Below, piece after piece: positions 9,673 to 16,716 of a stretch of 16,716 nt of DNA. Source of the DNA: Lepidodermella squamata (lineage: Eukaryota; Animalia; Gastrotricha); assembly GCA_047495785.1 (NCBI GenBank), contig JBLDXI010000146.1, forward strand, positions 1 through 16,716. Reading direction: 5' to 3'. The notes under the pieces are model-generated. The model ran no database searches and was not told where the DNA came from. It was given only the letters and a program-made list of their open reading frames with translations. Position 1 is the first letter of the stretch. Each line of letters starts with the position of its first letter. The translations under genes were made by a program, and so were the position numbers.

Positions 9673-10116
9673 CATGTTTGTCGACTCGCGCCTCGCCCTT
9701 TAGTTATAAGCGCTTTTTATTTGTTCCTCTTCAGGCACGTTAGATAGTTAATAGAAGTCAATTAGTTTCCTAAATAAGTCTCCAATGTGCCTCCTCAATA
9801 GCGTCTCCAGCGGACTGTCACTGACAAGCGCCTGTTCACCCTGTGCTCGTGCCTTTATATTTTCCTGTTGTTATTGGTTATTGATTTTGCTGGTTTTGAT
9901 GGTCCGTTGTTCCTAAATTATTGCTAAAAATGTATGGGAAATTTAAGAACAAATAAAATGATTTTCGTTTTCGTTTCGTCATTCATTCGCTACAAGACAA
10001 TTTGTACTTCAATACATTCCATTTATTTAAAGAATTTATTAGCTAGTTTTACGGTGTTGACAACAGAAGATCTATTCTCGAGTTTTTAAATATAATCATC
10101 CCTACTTTTACATGGT

Positions 10117-10500
10117 TCAAAAATATTCATGAAAACCATGAAACTGAATACCCGCAAACGCTAGAACAGCCATACTTACCATAAGCAAATCTAGCGCTCT
10201 TACGTTTGACATCTGAATTCGATTGCAAACGGCTTGTGATGCTATTTTCTTACACGTCTTGGAAAAATAGCAACTTGCTAAGAAGTAGATCGCACAAGCC
10301 CAGGTTAACATGCAGCTATTACTGGCATAGGATCCCATTAGTATTGCGTATGGTTTGGTTGGAACTTGATTCAGAATTTCAGTTTGAAGTAGGCTAATAG
10401 TTAAAAGCAACGTAACAGCGAAGTTAGGCCTATCAGGGCTGCTGGGAGGGAGGAAAAACGCCGGTATCTGAAGGGATGTTAAAAAAGCGCAGGGTAAAAC
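10117..10500 (-). pseudogene. 5'-truncated fourth pLGIC paralog (M1-M4 only), closest to pLGIC-3
   Basis: Reading from 10500: VLPCAFLTSLQIPAFFLPPSSPDRPNFAVTLLLTISLLQTEILNQVPTKP...SNVRALDL...EYF*. An in-frame TGA lies 4 codons upstream, inside the palindrome arm, and the whole extracellular domain is absent. AATAAA (minus strand) at 10035-10040 and 10022-10027. Confidence 0.9.
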
Positions 10501-11236
10501 AGGCGCTTGTCAGTGACAGTCCGCTGGAGACGCTATTGAGGAGGCACATTGGAGACTTATTTAGGAAACTAATTGACTTCTATTAACTATCTAACGTGCC
10601 TGAAGAGGAACAAATAAAAAGCGCTTATAACTAAAGGGCGAGGCGCGAGTCGACAAACATGTGACGTCATGCACCGTACTAAGGTCTGGATCTCTGAAAA
10701 TATATCTCACCTGGGTTTTTACTTTGTCTCGGGCCCTCGATTCCCGCTATTTGTTATGTGTGCATATGGAAGCATCATCGTACGAGAATAAGCAAGATTT
10801 TTCGAGTTCCGGGGATAATTAAAAATTAAAAATAGAATACACGGTATAAAAAGTAAAAATTATAAAAATAGACTTTGATAGTAAGGCTGCCGGGTAAAAA
10901 TACAGTTCAACCGAGACCTGATGGCCGATTACTAGTCAGTGTTTGCTTGATTAATAGCGGAGTTCTATGGCGTTTTAGGACCCCCCCAGTGCTCAGCCCT
11001 CAACTGAATTATGATTACAATTAGCTTACATATGATGGATAATGGGTTTTTTTAATACGGAAATATGATTCACATGGCAATTTCAAGGGCAAAATCGGAA
11101 TATTCGCGACTGCGCTGCCGCGAGCATGAAAACATCAATACTTGATTGCGCAGAATTAAGTTAATAGTCGCTGCAGTTTCAAACTCTGAAAAATTTCGGT
11201 ATTGTTGGCAGTTCCCAAAGTTGGATTATTTATGAC

Positions 11237-12364
11237 ATGAAGCTGTCAAGCATCTCTCTGATTTTAATGGTTGTCATTAGCGTCAAAGCAGATGGCTTAA
11301 ACTATTTGTCCATGTTGGAACCTGTACAAGCCGACCTAATGGCTCGGTGCCCTCACTTTTGGCATGAAGCGTACACGCCAAATTGCACTGGTGCAACTGA
11401 TCAAAGTTGCATGCCTACAAAACTTCAAATTCAACTGATTCTGGACACATTCGAAGGCATTGATGACGTGGAGGAGAATTCATACTTCGCAGGCTCTTTA
11501 AGGCTGAAATGGGAGGTCTACTGTGATAACTTAACCACCAGCATGACTGGATTTCGCTACGTCGGTGATAAATTCTGGCGTCCGAGAATTACTCATGAAA
11601 ACGCAATTTCAAATGTTGGAATGGCTGGGGACAGTTTCACCAGTCGAGTTTTCATGCGTTCGGGTTTTACACCCGACGTTAAATACCGCGGCTTTGTCAT
11701 GCAGATAATGGGCGTATTCTCGTCAAACTGCGCCATGGCTTTCGAAGACTTCCCGTTCGACGAGCAAACCTGCGAAATATCATTCGTTATACAGGATTTA
11801 GCAGCAGTTGTCTACTTCGCTAGTCAAGATATTTCGATATCTCCCGACTTCATCGGTCAAGGGGATAATTGGGCGCTGAAAAGCTACAATGGGAGCATCG
11901 GTGTAGTGAATATAACTGGCAACAGGAGCAGGGTCGTCTTCAAAATAACAATGACCCGAAACCCTTCATTTTTCATCGAAAATCTAATGGCACCTTGCGC
12001 GTTTCTAACATTTTTGGAAATCCCAGCTTTCCTTCTCCCGCCCGGCCATTCGGAACGGGCGAATTTCGCGGTGACCATTCTCTTGGCACTAACATTTTTC
12101 CAAGGCGAAATACTCAACCAAATCCCGATCAAGCCTCAACGAATTTTGATCAAGTATTACACGTCTGGTTGTTGCCTGATTGCATGGGCGTGTACGATCT
12201 ACTGCCTCTTGAGTTGCTTCATCGAAGAAAAATTCAAATCATGGGCATCGAATCGAGTTCATAAGTTTATGACCATATCAAACATTAGAGCTCTCGATTT
12301 AGCGGTCGCATCTTTCGCCGCTATTTTGTTCGTTAGTTTACAGCTGGTGATTTTCATACGCTAG
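11237..12364 (+). CDS. pLGIC-3 inverted copy (375 aa)
   Basis: Mirror of 7970-9097; one amino-acid difference (SWTSN vs SWASN). Confidence 0.93.
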   Translation: MKLSSISLILMVVISVKADGLNYLSMLEPVQADLMARCPHFWHEAYTPNCTGATDQSCMPTKLQIQLILDTFEGIDDVEENSYFAGSLRLKWEVYCDNLTTSMTGFRYVGDKFWRPRITHENAISNVGMAGDSFTSRVFMRSGFTPDVKYRGFVMQIMGVFSSNCAMAFEDFPFDEQTCEISFVIQDLAAVVYFASQDISISPDFIGQGDNWALKSYNGSIGVVNITGNRSRVVFKITMTRNPSFFIENLMAPCAFLTFLEIPAFLLPPGHSERANFAVTILLALTFFQGEILNQIPIKPQRILIKYYTSGCCLIAWACTIYCLLSCFIEEKFKSWASNRVHKFMTISNIRALDLAVASFAAILFVSLQLVIFIR

Positions 12365-12518
12365 CTTACTATATGTACTTGTCATTTGGTTCGAGTTAAA
12401 TCATAATAAAAACTGGTTTCTGTGGATGCGAAGCTGAGTAAACATTCAAGCCATTAAATCTTGCCCATGAGTACGTGCGGCTATCATTTTCTGTAATTGC
12501 TAAATATTTCTGACTACC

Positions 12519-13673
12519 ATGCGGTATCTTGTTTTTGCTAGCATGGTCATTTTTGTGGCCGCCGAGTCTGTTCAGGATGTTATTGAGAATAGCACGAAGA
12601 ACGTGACGGCGCATCTTCTAACAGTTTGCCCAATGTTGTCCCCTGAAACTTACTCCCCGAGCTGTCCTCTAATTGGAAGATCCGATTGCTATCCCGTTAA
12701 CGTTACTGTAAGACTCCAGCCTGAACGGCTCAACTCGATCGATCAAACCGCTGAAACTATGTCCTTATCCGGATCAATCCGCTTCCAGTGGATTATTCCA
12801 TGTAAGAAGCATGGCTGGGAGAAAGATACCGCTTACTATTTGGATGAACGACTCTTCTGGACTCCGCATATCTACCAGCAAAACTCGCGTGATAATTTCG
12901 GGTTTCTAGACGGATTTTTGCGGACTTTTACTGTCCGAGTGGATGCAAAAGGGCAGTTGGTCTTCGCACTGTTTCTTTATGGCCACGTAGTTTCGACGTG
13001 CGATCTTGATTTTCGTCACTTCCCACTCGATTCCCATCAATGCAACGTCAATTTCTTGATGCAGGAGAACGCGAAAGCAGTAAAATTTTCTCAAACTGAG
13101 CTAAGGCTTGAGAAGGACAACCACTTCAAAACTGACCATGAAGAATTCGACTGGACGTTTCTGAATTACGAAGATTGGTATGACACGAAGGACATGGACA
13201 AGATAAAAAGAGCAGCGGCAATTTTCAGCATGAAATTCCGCCGAAATCCAACTTTTTATGTTACAAATTTCATGCTTCCTTATTGCGTGCTATCTGGAAT
13301 GCAGCTAATCGCATTTTTTCTACCACCTTTCCTACCAGAACGGGCGATACTGAAGACAGCTATCTTGATAGGAATGATTATACTACAATGCCAGATGTTA
13401 AATTTTATCCCACCGAAACCGCAGAGAACATTGATGTCAATGTACACAGACTTCTGTTTTTTCCATTCCCTGTCATGCGCTGTATACTCGATCATAGCCT
13501 GCGGTATTTTCAAAGAACGGCCTGACCTTTTGAGGAAGAGATTGTGCCTCAGGATCAACGTTCTATCAATTAGGTTCAATCGATTGCTTGACCTTTTCGT
13601 TTTCATTATTGCTTTGGTCCTTTATGTTCTCGTCAACGTCTACTTTTTCTCGGTTGTATTGCGAATTACGTGA
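12519..13673 (+). CDS. pLGIC-2 inverted copy (384 aa)
   Basis: Mirror of 6661-7815; three amino-acid differences (T/S, P/S, and L/I at M2 9'). Confidence 0.93.
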   Translation: MRYLVFASMVIFVAAESVQDVIENSTKNVTAHLLTVCPMLSPETYSPSCPLIGRSDCYPVNVTVRLQPERLNSIDQTAETMSLSGSIRFQWIIPCKKHGWEKDTAYYLDERLFWTPHIYQQNSRDNFGFLDGFLRTFTVRVDAKGQLVFALFLYGHVVSTCDLDFRHFPLDSHQCNVNFLMQENAKAVKFSQTELRLEKDNHFKTDHEEFDWTFLNYEDWYDTKDMDKIKRAAAIFSMKFRRNPTFYVTNFMLPYCVLSGMQLIAFFLPPFLPERAILKTAILIGMIILQCQMLNFIPPKPQRTLMSMYTDFCFFHSLSCAVYSIIACGIFKERPDLLRKRLCLRINVLSIRFNRLLDLFVFIIALVLYVLVNVYFFSVVLRIT

Positions 13674-14119
13674 CTAGTCGTGTGGCCGAAAGGGTGTCCA
13701 ATCGGGATAAGGTGAATAAAGAATTTAGCGATTTACCTGTGTAGTGTAATGCGAGTTTCAGTAAATAAAATTCACACCTTACACCGGACTTGGCAAATTA
13801 AATTTAAAAGAGCTGATATAGGAAAAAGTTTCCGCTGCTATTTTTTAGCGGCTTTTTTCACCAGGTCAGATCTGGTCCGCGTAGTAGATTTAGTCTTGCT
13901 CTCCCTTTTATGCTAAACGTCACTTAGTTTACGTCGATAATGTTTGCCTGAAGGCTTTTAAAAGCTGCACTATCAAAAAATCGATTATTTAAGGACTGAC
14001 CGTGTAACAAAGCAGTCCGCTTACAGTGTGATCCCCTAGGCATTCACAGCAAAAATAAAACAACAGCTAATTTGCAAATATTAGCCAGTATAATTTTGAA
14101 GTTTTCATACTCAATAGGC

Positions 14120-15331
14120 ATGGTTGAAATTTATTTGGTTATTCTGAGTATTCTCAGCTGTTTCGTTTCAAATATTGTTGCAAGAACAACAATGCAGTCG
14201 AAAACTACAATGGAAATTATTGATGAAGTAACACGGGGGAAAACAGCTGATATCCTGAAAGCCTGCCCTCACCTTTCGCCAGAATACTCATCGCCAACGT
14301 GTTCCTTCATGGCCTATTTCCAGGACGTCAAGCTCTGCAATTCCGTCAACACAACACTTACATTCACCCCGCATCAACTAATAGGCATCGACGATTTCGC
14401 AGAGACTTTCGCTGTTAGCGGCTCGTTACGCCTTTCCTGGAAAATTCCTTGCCCTGGTTATATGCAAGACAAAGATACTACAATTTTCATCGACGAACGC
14501 TTCTTCTGGCGGCCTCTAGTTCACAACTACAACTCACGCGGAAATTTCGACTCATTTACCAAGCAATTTTACATGAAAATCGATTCAGGCGGAATGATGA
14601 GTTTCGACTATCTTTACTTCGGTGACTTCTGGTCGACTTGTAAGATGAAATTGACCGATTTTCCTTACGATTCTCAAACGTGCTCTATTGAATTTATAAT
14701 TCAACAATCCACCAAAGGAGGAGTGATTTCTAAAGCCGAGTTGAGCTTTGTTCCTGGTCGACTTCTTTTAGACTCGTCTGACAACTGGTTTCTCCTGAGG
14801 ACTGTCAATTACACTGACGTTTTGAAGTTGAATGGCGAAAATGCCAGTTTAGCCTCATTTGAGTTCACCTTTGAAAGGAATCCTTCTTTCTACGTTTCGA
14901 ACATTATGAATCCTTGTTGTGTATTGGCAGCTTTGCAAATTATTGCTCTATTACTTCCTCCGAACAAAATTGAGAGACCAATATTTCAAGCACTATTACT
15001 GCTAGCTGCTACAATGTTTCACGACCAAGCGTTGACTCGGCTGCCAGTGAAACCTCAACGCATTTATCTGATAACTTATGTTGATCTGCTCGCTATGTTT
15101 TCCGTTCTTTGCACCGTGTATTCTTTGGTATTTTGTGGATTGATCGCTTCACAGTCTGAGTACTTCAACGGTGTGCTTTTTCGACACCTGAAACCACAAT
15201 ATCGATTATCGCGTAGGCGTTTAGTGGACTTTTTTGCTCTTCTTATCGCTGTAATCGCATTTATGGCTATTCACGTTTTTGCACTCAGTTATGTTGATGT
15301 TACTCCAATTTCTATGACATCTCAGCCATAG
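14120..15331 (+). CDS. pLGIC-1 inverted copy (403 aa from first ATG)
   Basis: Mirror of 5003-6214; five amino-acid differences (L/V, T/A, A/T in the Cys-loop, V/A in M2, I/V in M3). Confidence 0.92.
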   Translation: MVEIYLVILSILSCFVSNIVARTTMQSKTTMEIIDEVTRGKTADILKACPHLSPEYSSPTCSFMAYFQDVKLCNSVNTTLTFTPHQLIGIDDFAETFAVSGSLRLSWKIPCPGYMQDKDTTIFIDERFFWRPLVHNYNSRGNFDSFTKQFYMKIDSGGMMSFDYLYFGDFWSTCKMKLTDFPYDSQTCSIEFIIQQSTKGGVISKAELSFVPGRLLLDSSDNWFLLRTVNYTDVLKLNGENASLASFEFTFERNPSFYVSNIMNPCCVLAALQIIALLLPPNKIERPIFQALLLLAATMFHDQALTRLPVKPQRIYLITYVDLLAMFSVLCTVYSLVFCGLIASQSEYFNGVLFRHLKPQYRLSRRRLVDFFALLIAVIAFMAIHVFALSYVDVTPISMTSQP

Positions 15332-15417
15332 AAAACGTGAGTTCATCTTCCCTTCTGAAATATAATAAAGTAAGAATTCAGCTTTCAGCTACATAAAGGA
15401 TGCTTGGTGTCATTTCA

Positions 15418-16716
15418 TTAGAAAAAGACACAAGTGATAACACATGTGAGCGAAAGTGATGCACAAAAGATAAAATACGCAAGTGAGGGTAATTCATGGG
15501 AAGTCGTCCACCATGGTAACGACTTTGTCGTAATAGTTTTAATCGAAAAGTCAAATGGGTCGACGACAAAGAGGTCTCGAACTCGTTCCAGGCTGGCGTT
15601 AGTAGCAGCGGGTTGAATACCAGTGACATATGCCATGATTGCGTAGATATCTTTAGTCTCGAACATTCGAGTCGCTTTAAAGCCACCTTGCTTGAACGCT
15701 GGACCGCGAGCCATGAAAAGAGGTTGCATAACGGTTTCTTCAGGGTCGTATCCATGGGAGGAGCTGCCAGACGAGTTTGCTGACTAGAAATGATTGGAAA
15801 ACATATTGCGGCCAAAAAATGATTAGAATTGCTTACTCTATGCATGTAAACTCCGACTTTACACAAGATTATAATGTCTGGGATTCTGTCGTTGTTTGAA
15901 AAATGTAATTCGAGCGGAACGTCTTTCTTCCAATAAACATTGAAGAGGCCAGTTTTCTGACTTGCTCTTGTCAAATTAGCCATAACGTCATCAGCTCGTC
16001 CTACCTTTGGTCTTACCCCCACATAGGCACCAAACATGTTCGGCTACAAACAAGTTACCACAAAGTAACGGAAGTACGAAAATAGTATGCAATGACCAAA
16101 TAGATTCAAACCCAAGCCATGAGAATTGACTATTGTCGTTGGAAATAAAAAATCCGAAACAATATATCGATGGAGATATTAATGTAAGTCTAGCCCAGAT
16201 ACCACTGGATTTTTCGGGGTTTTCCGCTAAATTATTGTTTTTAATCAGTAAAATCGCGCTTATAGGATGAGGCATGGATGAGGGATGTAGATCATTTTCC
16301 AGCAAAGTGTTTTAACTTGTGGGATATTAGACACACAGCAGGAAATGATATTAAAACTTACATATTCAATGCTCGCCATATCAACGTAATCACCGATGAA
16401 TATCATATTTTCTATGATAGCCATCCCATGATCAGCAAGGGTGATTATGTTCAAGTTCTCGTTGTTGAGACCGGCTTCTTCCAAATAGCGAAGAATCTTG
16501 GACAAGTATTGATCCGCTGCTTTCAGAGATTTTTTCACCGTATCAGATTGCGGTTTATTCTGATGTGAGACGTAGTCCGGCTCGTTGTTGTAGAGGAGGG
16601 CCAGGTCTACGTTTTCTCTCGCTAAATAACGCACGGTTTCATTGATTCTTTCTTCGAATGTCACCTTGGTGTCATAAACCGCTCTGTGGAAGTCAGGATA
16701 CCCCATCTCGAATTTG
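15418..16716 (-). CDS. ENPP paralog B inverted copy, partial (5' end outside window); exons >16716-16362, 16043-15837, 15783-15418
   Basis: Mirror of 3614-4916 with conserved splice sites and motifs EPDYVSH, ADHGM and HGYD. Confidence 0.88.

Larger units (their letters stand above)
3614..9836 (+). repeat. Left arm of large inverted duplication (true outer limit lies beyond what the window allows comparing)
   Basis: Reverse complement of 10498-16716. Gene coordinates mirror with sum 20334 (5003/15331, 6661/13673, 7970/12364, 9097/11237) and sum 20330 beyond a 4-bp indel near 4151-4154. Confidence 0.98.
10498..16716 (-). repeat. Right arm of large inverted duplication (continues past window end)
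   Basis: Reverse complement of 3614-9836; identical over 10498-12081, then scattered substitutions. Confidence 0.98.

Noticed and set aside
10117-10410. Independent 97-aa membrane protein in the spacer
   Set aside because: It starts at an internal TTG within M2; homology extends upstream to 10500 and stops at the arm junction, so it is a truncated paralog.
3614-16716. Palindrome arms as terminal inverted repeats of a giant transposon
   Set aside because: The arms consist of host genes and the spacer is a host gene fragment with no transposase; the junction looks like fold-back priming.

Overview
Compact eukaryotic, probably invertebrate animal, genomic DNA; the organism cannot be identified from sequence alone. 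The left part holds two tandem 4-exon ENPP-family ectonucleotide pyrophosphatase/phosphodiesterase paralogs with short GT-AG introns, separated by a decayed Mutator-like (MULE) transposase. Next come three intronless, highly divergent Cys-loop ligand-gated ion channel (pLGIC) genes on the minus strand. Positions 3614-9836 are mirrored as an inverted duplication at 10498-16716 (symmetry sum 20334, or 20330 beyond one 4-bp intron indel), which runs off the window end. The 661-bp spacer holds the 3' part of a fourth pLGIC gene, cut at the arm junction, where there is fold-back microhomology. Most interesting: (i) a family of intronless, nAChR/5-HT3-like, predicted cation-selective receptors that lack the neurotransmitter aromatic cage, have a minimal M3-M4 loop and share a four-cysteine N-terminal signature, i.e. 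candidate chemosensory channels; (ii) the palindrome, which is 100% identical in its inner 1.58 kb and about 2-3% diverged, mostly synonymously, further out. It is either a real gene-converting palindrome or an amplification/haplotype assembly artefact. All alignments and counts were made by eye and are approximate.
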